From positions 192,001-256,000 of the forward strand of contig JBNRMN010000033.1 of assembly GCA_050309605.1 (NCBI GenBank): 64,000 nucleotides of DNA, given 5' to 3'. Below, piece by piece: positions 28,948 to 39,073 of this stretch (position 1 is the first letter of the stretch; every line of letters begins with the position of its first letter). The position numbers and the translations under genes were made by a program. The notes under the pieces were generated by a model. That model was given only the letters and a program-made list of their open reading frames with translations. It ran no database searches and had not been told where the DNA came from. The DNA is from Anaerohalosphaeraceae bacterium. Lineage in GTDB: Bacteria; Planctomycetota; Phycisphaerae; Sedimentisphaerales; Anaerohalosphaeraceae.

Positions 28948-29805
28948 TTATCCACCGCATTCTTGATTCACATGTGTTTTAATATATCGGACTACCGCGT
29001 CGTCGTCGTTGGGGCCGATGATGTGATCGGCGTGCTGTTTGACGATGGGTTCAGCGTTGGCCACGGCGACGGCGCAGCCGGCCAGTTGGAACATCTTGAT
29101 GTCGTTGATGTGATCGCCGAAGACCGTCAGTTGTTTGGATGAAAAGCCTTCCAGCTCCATCAGTGTTCGCAATGCTTTGGATTTGCACGCTTTTTGGTCG
29201 TGGATGGTCAGCCACCAGTGGTCGGTGCGGTAGGGGTTTTCAAAGAGGAAATTTTCCATTTTGCCCGGATACCGCTCGGCCATCAAACTCGCCAGTGCGG
29301 TCACCTTCTCCCGCGGCCCCATCACCGCAAACGCAATGACTTTATCTTTGAGTGCGTCGGTTAATTTTGCAATCTGTCTCAATCGCCGGTCATTTTCGAG
29401 TTTGAGAATATCATGATACCACTGCATTTCTGGGTTAATCAGTTTTTCCCAGTACAAACAGTCCTCATCTCCATTATGCGTTACCACAAACGGCAGCAGT
29501 CCCTCATTCAGGATATGCGCATAAATCGTCGCCGCAAAGGCCCCGTCCAGATGATTGATGACCAGGTGCCGCCCGGTCGCATAGTCGGTCAGATACGCCC
29601 CGTTGACCGCAATCACCGGCAGCCGCAGCGGCAAATCGCCCAGGATCGGCGTCATCTCCGCCCACGCCCGCGCACTGGCCACGGTAAACCGCACCCCTTC
29701 GGCCAGCAATTGACGCAGCGTTTTTTTGCTGTACTCCGACAGCCGCCCGGCCGTCTGCAGGAGCGTCCCGTCCATATCTGTAACAAATATTTCGCTATTA
29801 TTCAT
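28948..29805 (-). CDS. Cof-type HAD superfamily hydrolase
   Basis: DMDGTLL, VASAR, VNGA, SKALR, FGDHINDIKMF. Confidence 0.9.
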   Translation of the reverse strand: MNNSEIFVTDMDGTLLQTAGRLSEYSKKTLRQLLAEGVRFTVASARAWAEMTPILGDLPLRLPVIAVNGAYLTDYATGRHLVINHLDGAFAATIYAHILNEGLLPFVVTHNGDEDCLYWEKLINPEMQWYHDILKLENDRRLRQIAKLTDALKDKVIAFAVMGPREKVTALASLMAERYPGKMENFLFENPYRTDHWWLTIHDQKACKSKALRTLMELEGFSSKQLTVFGDHINDIKMFQLAGCAVAVANAEPIVKQHADHIIGPNDDDAVVRYIKTHVNQECGG

Positions 29806-29866
29806 TTTTTTCTTTTCTTTGCCGCAGAGGACACAAAGAACATAGAGGTCAATTGATGTAATCTGT

Positions 29867-31021
29867 TCAGTATTCAGGAAAATTTTGAATAAACCAATCC
29901 AGATTGCATGAGACAACCTTGCCGTTGTCGAGATTGTCTGTTGTACGGCTGATCAGAATCCGGCGCGAGGCCTCGATCAGGTCGGCGGCTTTGTTCAGTT
30001 TTTGTATGGCCGACAGGTCAGGGGCACTGGTCAATTTAATCTCTATCGCCCATTTTTCCCTTCCGAAATCCAGCACAAGATCGATCTCATAGCCGTCATT
30101 GGTGCGAAGAAAATAGGGCGTAAATGTGATGTCTCGCAATTTCAGCGCGTTGATCGCCTGTTCGATGACAAATCCTTCCCAGCTTGCGCCGACCCAGGGC
30201 GCCGACAGCAGGTCGTCTTCGTTCTGCACGTTCAGCAGCGAATGCAGCAGGCCGCTGTCGCGCCAGTACAGCTTGGGGCTTTTGACCAGTCGTTTTTTCA
30301 GGTTTGAAAAATACGGCTGAAGCTGACGAATCAAAAACGCCCCTTCCAGATACCCCAGATAGCTCTTGACTGTTTTATAGGAAATATCCAGGCTCTTTCC
30401 CAACTGTGAGGCGTTCAGCGTCTGGCCGTGCACCGCCGCGATCATTTTCAGCAGCCGTTGCGTCGTCTGCGGCTCGGCGGGCAGTCCCCACAGCGGCAGA
30501 TCACGGAACACAAGCAAATCCAGATAATGTTGCTGCCATCGAAGATACTGATCGGCCTCCAGAATCCCGCCGTTGGGATAGCCGCCAAAGAGCCAAAGAT
30601 GCTGCCGCTGCGGTTCGGACAGTTCCTCCCACGTAAACGGTGTCAGTTCCAGCACAGCCATCCGCCCGGCCAGCGACTCGGAGACCTGCCGCATCAACGC
30701 CGGCGAGACCGACCCGATCAGCAAAAACCGCCCGTTGCGCCGGCGATCCTTATCAATCGCTCCTCGCAGACGTTTGAACACGTCCGGCCATTCGTGGGTC
30801 TCATCCAGAATGACCAACTCGGTCTGTGCCATCAGGCTATCCCACCGCAAATCAAGGTTTACCCTGTCCGGGTCCTGTTCTAAATCAAAATAAATCCCAC
30901 CCAGTAATTGTGCAAAAGTTGTTTTTCCACACTGGCGAGGGCCAAGAAGGGTAACAGCCGGAAATGTCTTAAGCCTTTTAAGTACAACGTTTTGTATTTT
31001 TCTATCCAGCATTTCTTGCAT
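29867..31021 (-). CDS. AAA+ ATP-binding protein (AAA_14 plus DUF4143-like, nuclease-like C-terminus)
   Basis: GPRQCGKTT Walker A, ILDET Walker B, GGYP, KSPKLYWRDSG, EIDLV...AIEIK. Confidence 0.88.
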   Translation of the reverse strand: MQEMLDRKIQNVVLKRLKTFPAVTLLGPRQCGKTTFAQLLGGIYFDLEQDPDRVNLDLRWDSLMAQTELVILDETHEWPDVFKRLRGAIDKDRRRNGRFLLIGSVSPALMRQVSESLAGRMAVLELTPFTWEELSEPQRQHLWLFGGYPNGGILEADQYLRWQQHYLDLLVFRDLPLWGLPAEPQTTQRLLKMIAAVHGQTLNASQLGKSLDISYKTVKSYLGYLEGAFLIRQLQPYFSNLKKRLVKSPKLYWRDSGLLHSLLNVQNEDDLLSAPWVGASWEGFVIEQAINALKLRDITFTPYFLRTNDGYEIDLVLDFGREKWAIEIKLTSAPDLSAIQKLNKAADLIEASRRILISRTTDNLDNGKVVSCNLDWFIQNFPEY

Positions 31022-31107
31022 TTTAGAAATCAATTTCTATTTTGCAAGACTTTTTTCCAGGCTGTGATAAAGCAACGGCTTATTTCTGTGTTGTCTGTGG
31101 TTTTGGA

Positions 31108-31788
31108 CTATTCCTGCGGCAGGCGGGACAGGTCCACGTCCGAGCCGGCGACCATTAAGATGTCATCGGCATAGACGGGTGTTTCGGGCATCGGGACGTT
31201 GATGACGCGATCTTCGTCTTCTTTGACGTTGTCTTCGCTGCGTTTGATGGCCACGAGATTGACGTTATATTTTTGCCGAAGCTGCAAGTCCATCACGGTT
31301 TTGTTATGGAAAGAGGCCGGCGCCTTGACGCGGGCCAGGCTGTAGCCGGGGGCAAAGTCGATTTTTTCCTCGATGTGCGGCGCGATCAGCCGATAGGCCC
31401 AGCGCTGGGCGGTTTCGATTTCGGGATAAATGACCTCGGTCGCGCCGACGGCGCTGAAGACCTGTCCGGCGGTCAGATTGGCTGCGCGCGCGTAAATCTG
31501 CGGAACGCCCATCTGTTTGAGGTTGACCACCGTCAAAATCGCTGACTCAAAGGCGCGGCCGCGTTCGCCCATCCCGACGATGGCCACATCGGCCTTATCG
31601 ACGCCCTGTGCGCGCATGGCTTCTTCATCGGTGCTGTCCAGACGTACGGCATGGCTGACCTGATCACGGATGTCCTCGACGATATCTCGGTCTTTGTCAA
31701 TCGCAATCACGTCCGCTCCGCTCATTGCCAGGGCAATCGCCAGTTTCTTGCCGAATCGGCCCAAGCCGATGACCACAAATCGCTTCAT
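31108..31788 (-). CDS. trkA: Trk/Ktr potassium uptake NAD-binding subunit
   Basis: VIGLGRFG Rossmann motif, TEVIYPE, RCK_C domain. Confidence 0.92.
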   Translation of the reverse strand: MKRFVVIGLGRFGKKLAIALAMSGADVIAIDKDRDIVEDIRDQVSHAVRLDSTDEEAMRAQGVDKADVAIVGMGERGRAFESAILTVVNLKQMGVPQIYARAANLTAGQVFSAVGATEVIYPEIETAQRWAYRLIAPHIEEKIDFAPGYSLARVKAPASFHNKTVMDLQLRQKYNVNLVAIKRSEDNVKEDEDRVINVPMPETPVYADDILMVAGSDVDLSRLPQE

Positions 31789-31899
31789 AAGCCTATCCAG
31801 TTCAAAAAAATATCAATATGCCAATCTCGCAACCACGCACGCCTCCGCCGAAGGCGGATTTGCCATTTTGATTTTTAATGTTTCAACTTTGATTGATTG

Positions 31900-33684
31900 T
31901 TATCCTACCATCAGCGGCTCGGATGGATAATCATATCCGGCCGGTTTGACGTTGAACATCAGCGCCGCCAGCAAGGTCAGCGGGCCGAGACGTCCGATGA
32001 GCATGGTCATAATGATAATCCACTTTCCGGCGGTTGTCAAAGTCGGCGTCACGCCGGTGGAAAGTCCGACCGTGCCCATGGCTGAGGTGGCCTCAAAGGC
32101 CAAATCCACCAGCGTCCAGTCACTGTGTCGTTCAGTCAGGCACAATCCGAGCACAGCGGTCAGCAGGATTATCATAAAGAGCACCGCCACGGCAATTGCG
32201 CGGCCGACGACCACCAGCCGCACCGACCGTTTGAACAATTCCACTTCCCGCCGTTTTCGCAGGGTGGCATATACGGCCATGATAATCAGTGCAAAGGTCA
32301 CGGTTTTGATGCCGCCGGCCGGTGAGCCGGGCGAACCGCCGATGAACATCAGCAGCATCAGCGTCAGTTTGGAGGGTTCCGAGAGATATTCAATCGGAAC
32401 GGTGTTGAACCCGGCGGTACGGGCGGTAATCGACTGAAACAGCGCCGTCAGAAATCGTCCATCCGCCTGAGGGCGGGGCGAATAATGTTCCAACAGCATC
32501 AGCAGGGCCGTGCCGCCGATAATCAATGCGGCGGTGGCGGTCAAGACAATTTTGCTTTGCAGTCCGAGCCGCTTGGAAATGCCCAACTGAAAAAATTCTT
32601 CCGGGCAACTGTGTCGGCGGACCAGCCGCCGAATGCGATCCACACAAACGCTTGTGATGTTATACAAGACGCCGAAGCCCAATCCGCCGATGACAATCAG
32701 CGGGCAAAACACCAGATAGACTCCCCAACTTCCGTGGAAATCCATCAGGCTGCGTTGATTCAGGCTGAATCCGGCGTTGCAGAAGGCGCTGACGGCGTGA
32801 AAGATGCTGAAGAACCACTGTTGGTCCGTGGTGGCGACCGTGCCGGGGACTTGAGACCACATCGGATACATCAGCACCGCCCCAACGGCTTCAATCAGCA
32901 GGGTGCCGCCGAAGATAAAGGCGATCATCGCACCGATGCGATTGAGCGTGGCGGCGCTGAGCAAGTCCTGCATGGCCACAGCTTCTTTGATGCTGAGTGC
33001 CTGGCCGAGCAACAGGGCCAGTACGCCGCCGAAGATGACAATGCCCAGTCCGCCCAACTGAATCAGGACCAGGATGACGATTTGTCCCATCCGGGTAAAA
33101 TCGCCGCCGGTATCCCGTACGATCAGTCCGGTGACGCAGGTGGCACTGGTGGCGGTAAAAACGGCGTCGGTCAAGCTCAGCGGTTCGTCGCGGTCGGCCT
33201 GGGCTTTGGGCAGCATCAACAGTCCCGCCCCGGCCAAAATCAGAATCACAAAAATACTGATCAGGGTACGGGTGGGATTCAGCCCTGACGCGGCCAGAAC
33301 CACCATGCTCAGACAGACTTTGCTGATGACCTGCAGGACCAGATACGCACTGACGGCGACCAGGATGGCCTCGTTACGATGGGCGATGGCAAACCAGCGT
33401 CCCGCCCCGACGGCCACCACGAACAGGGTCAACAGCAGCGGCGCCTCAAACCAGTTGCTGCGAAGAAACTGCCGTTTGTCCTCTACATTAAAAAAACGTA
33501 CCGCCTTTTCCCAGAGGAAAACAAAGAGCACCCCCATCTGGATGGTGTGCAGCAGCGTCTCCGAGAGAACGGGACGGTCAAATCCGTAGAGCATCACAAA
33601 GGTCAAACCGACCGTCAAGACCGCCGCGATGGTGACGGCAATGACGATAGACTCCAGCGTCGAATTTTTGTAGTGCAGCTTCAT
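31900..33684 (-). CDS. trkH: Trk/Ktr potassium uptake membrane subunit with extra N-terminal TM region
   Basis: SATCVTGL, SAFCNAGF, TARTAGF, SAMGTVGLS pore loops. Confidence 0.92.
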   Translation of the reverse strand: MKLHYKNSTLESIVIAVTIAAVLTVGLTFVMLYGFDRPVLSETLLHTIQMGVLFVFLWEKAVRFFNVEDKRQFLRSNWFEAPLLLTLFVVAVGAGRWFAIAHRNEAILVAVSAYLVLQVISKVCLSMVVLAASGLNPTRTLISIFVILILAGAGLLMLPKAQADRDEPLSLTDAVFTATSATCVTGLIVRDTGGDFTRMGQIVILVLIQLGGLGIVIFGGVLALLLGQALSIKEAVAMQDLLSAATLNRIGAMIAFIFGGTLLIEAVGAVLMYPMWSQVPGTVATTDQQWFFSIFHAVSAFCNAGFSLNQRSLMDFHGSWGVYLVFCPLIVIGGLGFGVLYNITSVCVDRIRRLVRRHSCPEEFFQLGISKRLGLQSKIVLTATAALIIGGTALLMLLEHYSPRPQADGRFLTALFQSITARTAGFNTVPIEYLSEPSKLTLMLLMFIGGSPGSPAGGIKTVTFALIIMAVYATLRKRREVELFKRSVRLVVVGRAIAVAVLFMIILLTAVLGLCLTERHSDWTLVDLAFEATSAMGTVGLSTGVTPTLTTAGKWIIIMTMLIGRLGPLTLLAALMFNVKPAGYDYPSEPLMVG

Positions 33685-33744
33685 ATAAAAAACGTGGCTA
33701 TGTTTTACCGCCTTGTCCGTTTGAATTCCAGCTCTTTTTTTATG

Positions 33745-34116
33745 TTATCCGAGGTTGCGACGCAGTGAATTTACGCGACCGAACCGCAGCCAGGTCGGCG
33801 ATTCATACGCCGTCCCACTTGTTATGAAGTGGTTGCGATCAGAAGTATATTGTGGATAAGTTGTGAATAAACTGAGGGTTGTCCACACGAAACGAAATGA
33901 AACGTCCGTTCCGGAAGAAACAAGACAGTTTCGAAATGCAAAAAACGCTTTCTTAAAGGCCAATAACCGACCTGTCTTGTTGTTACTCCTTTACCTGTAA
34001 TAAGTTATGGATATGTCGCAAAAAAGAGGTCAACCTATATCTACTGAGCGGGACTATTTAGGGATTATTTAAGTCTTATATTTTATTCATATGACATTGG
34101 GCTGGAATGTGGATTG
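33745..34116. other. Intergenic DnaA-box cluster with AT-rich segment (candidate oriC or DnaA titration locus)
   Basis: TGTGGATAA (33851, perfect), TGTGAATAA (33862), TTGTCCACA (33879), weaker boxes at 33745, 34006, 34083 and 34108; 450-bp gene-free region. Confidence 0.6.
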
Positions 34117-34138
34117 GTGGTTGAAAACCCCTGATACT

Positions 34139-35188
34139 CTACGAACGGAGTAGGATAGTCTTGAGTTGACGGCATTGTTTTTCTGGATTATCTAATATCG
34201 CCGAGGCCACAGCCACGGCTCGAATCCCCGTTTCCAGTACAGTGGGCAGGTTTTGAGCATTGATGCCGCCGATGGCCACGGGTCGGATAGAGGTGGATGC
34301 CAATTGCTGGACGGCCTGTCGGATGTAGTCCAGTCCTGCCGGCGCAAGGCCGGGTTTGGTCGGGCTGGCAAAGGCCGGGCCAACGCCCACGTAATCATAG
34401 CCTGCGGCGACGGCTTCGTTCAGTTCCTTGATCGCGTGGGTGCTGCCGCCGATGAGCATCGGCCTTTTCAGCAGCGTTCGGGCGGATTTTGGCAACATAT
34501 CGTCCTGTCCGAGATGGACACCGTCGGCCTGCGCCAAGGCCGCAATGTCGGGGCGATCGTTGATGATCCCCAGTGCTCCGTCGGTTCTGCATACCTCCAT
34601 AAACATCTCGGCCAGCGACAAAAAACGGCGGTCGGACAGGTCTTTTGCGCGAAGCTGGAGGGTGTCGGCGCCGCCGGCAATGCAGCGTCGGGCCAGTTGC
34701 CGTGCTGCGGTGTCAGTCGTTTTCGGATCGACGTTAATCAGCACATATAAGCTAATACGTTCGAGTTTATCCAGTTTATATACGGCCTCAAAGACCTTTT
34801 TTTCGAGGTCATACACCCCAAACCGAAGCCGCTCACAGACCGCCGCAACCTCGGCATCCAGCGTCCGGGTCATCTCGGCCAGGACGCGCAGGGCCTCGGT
34901 GGCGCGTTTGGCTGCGGCGGTAAAGCAATCGGCCAGGCTCGTCCGCGAAAGCTGTCCTTCGACGCTCAGTTCGCGTCCCACATCGCCGGCTACATCCCGC
35001 GCGGTCAGCAGGTTCTCCGCATCCAGCCGGGCAATGGCTCCGCACAATTGATGCCGCATTTGTTTGGCCCTGGCGCTGAGGGTTTTATCATCCAGCAGAA
35101 AACGGCAGTACTCCTCCATTCCCCGCAGCGCTTCCCGCGCCCGGTTAAAGTTGGCGTCAATAATTCGATAAAGACTTGTATCGCTCAT
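34139..35188 (-). CDS. thiE: Thiamine-phosphate synthase with N-terminal helical extension
   Basis: RIIDANFNRAREALR N-domain; QLRAK, INDRPD, DGVHLGQDD, GPAFASPTK, VAIGGI. Confidence 0.93.
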   Translation of the reverse strand: MSDTSLYRIIDANFNRAREALRGMEEYCRFLLDDKTLSARAKQMRHQLCGAIARLDAENLLTARDVAGDVGRELSVEGQLSRTSLADCFTAAAKRATEALRVLAEMTRTLDAEVAAVCERLRFGVYDLEKKVFEAVYKLDKLERISLYVLINVDPKTTDTAARQLARRCIAGGADTLQLRAKDLSDRRFLSLAEMFMEVCRTDGALGIINDRPDIAALAQADGVHLGQDDMLPKSARTLLKRPMLIGGSTHAIKELNEAVAAGYDYVGVGPAFASPTKPGLAPAGLDYIRQAVQQLASTSIRPVAIGGINAQNLPTVLETGIRAVAVASAILDNPEKQCRQLKTILLRS

Positions 35189-35309
35189 GGCATTCGCCTG
35201 AATAAACCGACATCAATTCACTGGACGCAACGCATTATACCCGCGCGGCGTGACATTGCCAAGCGCCGTAATGCCGTCAGAGCGGAGGTGAGAATGCGGC
35301 GTTACCGGT

Positions 35310-36509
35310 TTACTCCAGTGCGAGGATAAAGGGGTTTTCGAGGATTTCGACGACGCGGCGTAAAAAGCGGACGCCGTCGGCGCCGTCGATGATGCGATGG
35401 TCATAAGACAGCGATAATGGTACAATCAGCCGCGGCTGAAGTGTCTGGTCGATATAGACCGGTCGGCGGGTTGCGCGGGCAATGCCGAGGATCGCCGCCT
35501 GGGGCCAATAGATGATCGGTGCAAAGGCGCCGCCGCCCAGACCGCCGAGATTGCTGACGGTGAAATTACCGCCGACCATCTCTTCGGGTGCGACCTTGTG
35601 CTGTTTGGTGCGTTCGGCCAGCGAGGTCAATTCGACCGCGATCTGCAGAAGGCTTTTTTTGTCCACGTCGCGCAGCACCGGCACCAGCAGTCCGCGGTCG
35701 GTATCCACCGCAACGGACAAGTGGCAGTATTGCTTGTAAATGATTTCATTGGTCTGCGGATCGAACGAGGCGTTGAATTGCGCAAAGTCTTTCAAGGCCA
35801 GTGCTACGGCCTTGAGGGCAAGGGCGGTCAGCGTCAGTTTGCCGCCGGCGTCTTTGACCCGCTGGGCGCCGGCCTTGCGTAATTCTTCGAGCGTCGTGAT
35901 GTCGGCGTGGTCATATTGGGTCACCTGCGGGACCGTCGCCCAGGTATAACTGAGTGTGGCGGCGATTTTTTTCCGCGTTGTGGTAACGGCCTTGCGTTCA
36001 ATCGGCCCCCAGACGGAAAAATCGGGCAACGATTTGTCGGCCGGCGCCGCGGCGGGCGGCGGTGACAGCTCACGTTGCGAAGGTCGGTCGTCGGGCACTG
36101 CGCCTGCCGCTTTCGCCCCGTCAGGTTCCGAGGCTTCGGATTCCTGACGCACAGAGGCCGCCGCAGGCGCAGCTCCGACTTCCTTTGGCATAACAGCCGA
36201 ATTCTCCCCTTCGGACTGAGTTGTATCGGGCTGCCGGGGTCCGGGCCGGCCCGTGGGTGTTGTTTCTTCAATTTCCGTTTCCACCTTCATCAGAAGTTGG
36301 CCGACGTTGACGGTTTGTCCCGGTTCGATATGGAGTTCAATCACTTTGCCTTTGACAGGGGACGGCACGTCAAATGTTGCCTTTTCCGTTTCAAGCTGAA
36401 CCAGCGGTTCTTCCACATCAATGACATCGCCGACCTTGACGAAGATTTCGATTACGTCGCCGGATTCAACCGTTTCCGATATTTCAGGGAGCGTGATTTC
36501 TTTGATCAT
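35310..36509 (-). CDS. aceF: Dihydrolipoyl acyltransferase (PDH E2): single lipoyl domain, no recognisable PSBD
   Basis: LETEKATFDVPSP lipoyl site; FTVSNLGG; LSYDHRIIDGADG catalytic motif. Confidence 0.9.
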   Translation of the reverse strand: MIKEITLPEISETVESGDVIEIFVKVGDVIDVEEPLVQLETEKATFDVPSPVKGKVIELHIEPGQTVNVGQLLMKVETEIEETTPTGRPGPRQPDTTQSEGENSAVMPKEVGAAPAAASVRQESEASEPDGAKAAGAVPDDRPSQRELSPPPAAAPADKSLPDFSVWGPIERKAVTTTRKKIAATLSYTWATVPQVTQYDHADITTLEELRKAGAQRVKDAGGKLTLTALALKAVALALKDFAQFNASFDPQTNEIIYKQYCHLSVAVDTDRGLLVPVLRDVDKKSLLQIAVELTSLAERTKQHKVAPEEMVGGNFTVSNLGGLGGGAFAPIIYWPQAAILGIARATRRPVYIDQTLQPRLIVPLSLSYDHRIIDGADGVRFLRRVVEILENPFILALE

Positions 36510-36539
36510 TTGACATACCTCTTCTGTTTGTTTTTCCGC

Positions 36540-39062
36540 TTACACGGAAAGGGGGTTGGGTTTTTCGGGATCGATTTTCAGTTCCTGTATCGCGCGCTGG
36601 ACCAGGTCCAGTTGGATTTTACCTTCCTGGCTCAGTCCGACCAGGGCCGCCAGTGCAATGTATCGTGCGTCCACTTCGAAATAATCGCGCAGTTCGGCGC
36701 GTCCGTCGCTTCGACCGAACCCGTCGGCGCCCAGCGGCATCAGTCGTCCCGGCAGCCAGCGGGCAATCGAACAGGGCAGCGTCTTGAGGTAATCGGTGGC
36801 CGCGACAAACACGCCCTGCGTGTTCTCGAAGCAGCGTTCAATATAGCAGCGTCGCGTTTCGGACGGATGCAGCATATTCCATCGGGCTGCGGCTGCGGCG
36901 TCTTCATATAAGGCTTTGTAGCTGGTAACGCTCCAGACCTCCGCAGCCACTTCATAGCGCGACTCAAGCAGCTCTTTGGCCTTGACGGCCTCGTTGAGGA
37001 TGGCGCCGCTTCCGAGCAGGATCGCTTTGGGTGCATTGTTGTTCAGGCCGGCGGACTGATACCGATACATTCCCTTAAGAATTCCCTCTTCAACGCCGTC
37101 GGGCATCGGCGGCATCCGATAAAACTCATTGAGCATCGACACATAGTAAAACACGTTTTCCTGTTTCACATACATCCGGTGCAGACCGTCGCGTATAATG
37201 ACCGCCAGTTCATAGGCAAAGGCCGGATCGTAGGCTTTCAGGTTCGGGACGGCATAATAAAAATGATGGCTGTGGCCGTCCTGATGCTGCAAGCCCTCGC
37301 CGGCCAGGGTGGTTCGCCCGGAGATGCCGCCGATCAGAAAGCCGCGCGCCATGACATCGGCCGCGGCCCAGATCAAATCCATCATCCGATGCGCTCCAAA
37401 CAGTGAATAGAAGAAGTAAAACGGGATGATGTTCAGGTCGTGCGACGCATAGGCCGTGCCGGCGGCGATAAAGGAGGCCATCGAGCCGGCCTCGGTAATG
37501 CCTTCTTCAAGAATCGCTCCGTCTTTCTGTTCGTTGTAAAACAGCAGGGTGTCTTTGTCCACCGGTTCGTATCGCTGGCCGGACGGGCAGTAAATGCCGG
37601 CCTGTCGAAACAGCGCTTCCATGCCGAAGGTACGTGCCTCGTCGGGAACAATCGGAACGATGAGCTTGCCGATCTGCTTGTCGTTGAGCAGCTTGGCCAG
37701 CAGGCGAACGACGACCATGGTACTGGCTACTTCGCGGTCGCCGCTGCCTTTAAGAAACTCGTCGAACAACTCATCCGGCGGCATCTGCAGCGGTTTGACG
37801 ATGACCGTGCGGCGCGGCACGTATCCGCCGAGCTGTTTGCGTTGTTCCTGAAGATAGCGGATTTCCTTTGTGTCCGGGTTGGGTCGATAGAACGGCGCTT
37901 CCTGTACCTCCCCGTCCGGGATGGGGATGCCGAAGCGGCTTCGAAATTCGACCAGTTCTTCTTCGTTGAGTTTTTTCTGTTGATGGGTGATGTTGCGTCC
38001 CTCGGCCGCTTCGCCCAGTCCATAGCCTTTGATGGTCTGGGCGAGGATGACGGTCGGTTGTCCGGTATGCTCGATCGCCGCTTTGTAGGCGGCATAGACC
38101 TTCAGCGGATCATGGCCGCCCCGACTGAGCCGACGAAGTTGTTCATCGGACAGGTTGCTGACCATTTCCAGCAGTTTGGGGTCCGTGCCGAAAAAGTCTT
38201 TTCGGATAAAGTCACCGTCGGAGACGGCGTATTTCTGAAATTGTCCGTCGGGGACTTGCTCGGCTCGTTTGGCCAGTCGTCCTTCGGTGTCTTTGGCAAA
38301 CAGGGCGTCCCAGTCCGATCCCCATATCACTTTGATGACATTCCAGCCTGCGCCGTGAAAAATCGATTCCAGTTCCTGTATAATTTTTCCGTTTCCGCGT
38401 ACCGGTCCGTCCAGCCGCTGCAGGTTGCAGTTGACGACGAAAATCAGATTGTCCAGTTTTTCGCGTCCGGCGATGGACAGCGCGCCGAGACTTTCCGGTT
38501 CGTCCATCTCGCCGTCGCCCAGAAACGCCCAGACCTTGCGATCGCTCGGTGCGGCCAATTGCCGGTTTTCCAGATAGCGGTTGAACCGGGCCTGATAGAT
38601 TGCCATCAGAGGCGACAGCCCCATCGACACGGTGGGATACTGCCAGAACTCCGGCATAAGCCGCGGGTGCGGATAGGACGGCAGCCCGCCTTCGGACGCC
38701 AGCTCCGAGCGAAAGTTTTCCATATCAAATCCGCTGAGACGGCTTTCCAAAAACGCGCGGGCGTAAATTCCCGGAGCGGCGTGTCCCTGAAAATAGAGGA
38801 TATCGCCTTTTTGCTCGGGCGTGTCGGCTCGGAAGAAATGGTTAAACCCCACCTCCATCAAGGTCGCTGCGGATGCGTATGTCGAGATATGTCCGCCCAG
38901 TCCCGGTTTGTGGCGATTGGCGCGGATGACCATCGCCATCGCGTTCCAGCGGACAAGGCTTTTGATCCGCCGTTCGATTTCGCGCCGTCCCGGATAGGGC
39001 GGCTGCCGGTCGGCGGGTATCGTATTTACATAGGGTGTTGTTCCGTTCATCTGCGTTCTCAT
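36540..39062 (-). CDS. aceE: Pyruvate dehydrogenase E1, homodimeric AceE type, N-terminally shortened
   Basis: YVNTIP, RWNAMAMV, GGHISTY, GDGEMDEPES...NCN ThDP motif, EEGITEAGS, GEGLQHQDG. Confidence 0.95.
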   Translation of the reverse strand: MRTQMNGTTPYVNTIPADRQPPYPGRREIERRIKSLVRWNAMAMVIRANRHKPGLGGHISTYASAATLMEVGFNHFFRADTPEQKGDILYFQGHAAPGIYARAFLESRLSGFDMENFRSELASEGGLPSYPHPRLMPEFWQYPTVSMGLSPLMAIYQARFNRYLENRQLAAPSDRKVWAFLGDGEMDEPESLGALSIAGREKLDNLIFVVNCNLQRLDGPVRGNGKIIQELESIFHGAGWNVIKVIWGSDWDALFAKDTEGRLAKRAEQVPDGQFQKYAVSDGDFIRKDFFGTDPKLLEMVSNLSDEQLRRLSRGGHDPLKVYAAYKAAIEHTGQPTVILAQTIKGYGLGEAAEGRNITHQQKKLNEEELVEFRSRFGIPIPDGEVQEAPFYRPNPDTKEIRYLQEQRKQLGGYVPRRTVIVKPLQMPPDELFDEFLKGSGDREVASTMVVVRLLAKLLNDKQIGKLIVPIVPDEARTFGMEALFRQAGIYCPSGQRYEPVDKDTLLFYNEQKDGAILEEGITEAGSMASFIAAGTAYASHDLNIIPFYFFYSLFGAHRMMDLIWAAADVMARGFLIGGISGRTTLAGEGLQHQDGHSHHFYYAVPNLKAYDPAFAYELAVIIRDGLHRMYVKQENVFYYVSMLNEFYRMPPMPDGVEEGILKGMYRYQSAGLNNNAPKAILLGSGAILNEAVKAKELLESRYEVAAEVWSVTSYKALYEDAAAAARWNMLHPSETRRCYIERCFENTQGVFVAATDYLKTLPCSIARWLPGRLMPLGADGFGRSDGRAELRDYFEVDARYIALAALVGLSQEGKIQLDLVQRAIQELKIDPEKPNPLSV

Positions 39063-39073
39063 CAGTCGTTAGC

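Noticed and set aside
35310..39062. Idea that E1/E2 are loaded inside the encapsulin shell
   Set aside because: No targeting peptide is visible on either protein, and a multimeric E2 core is likely too large for a small shell; kept only as a remote possibility
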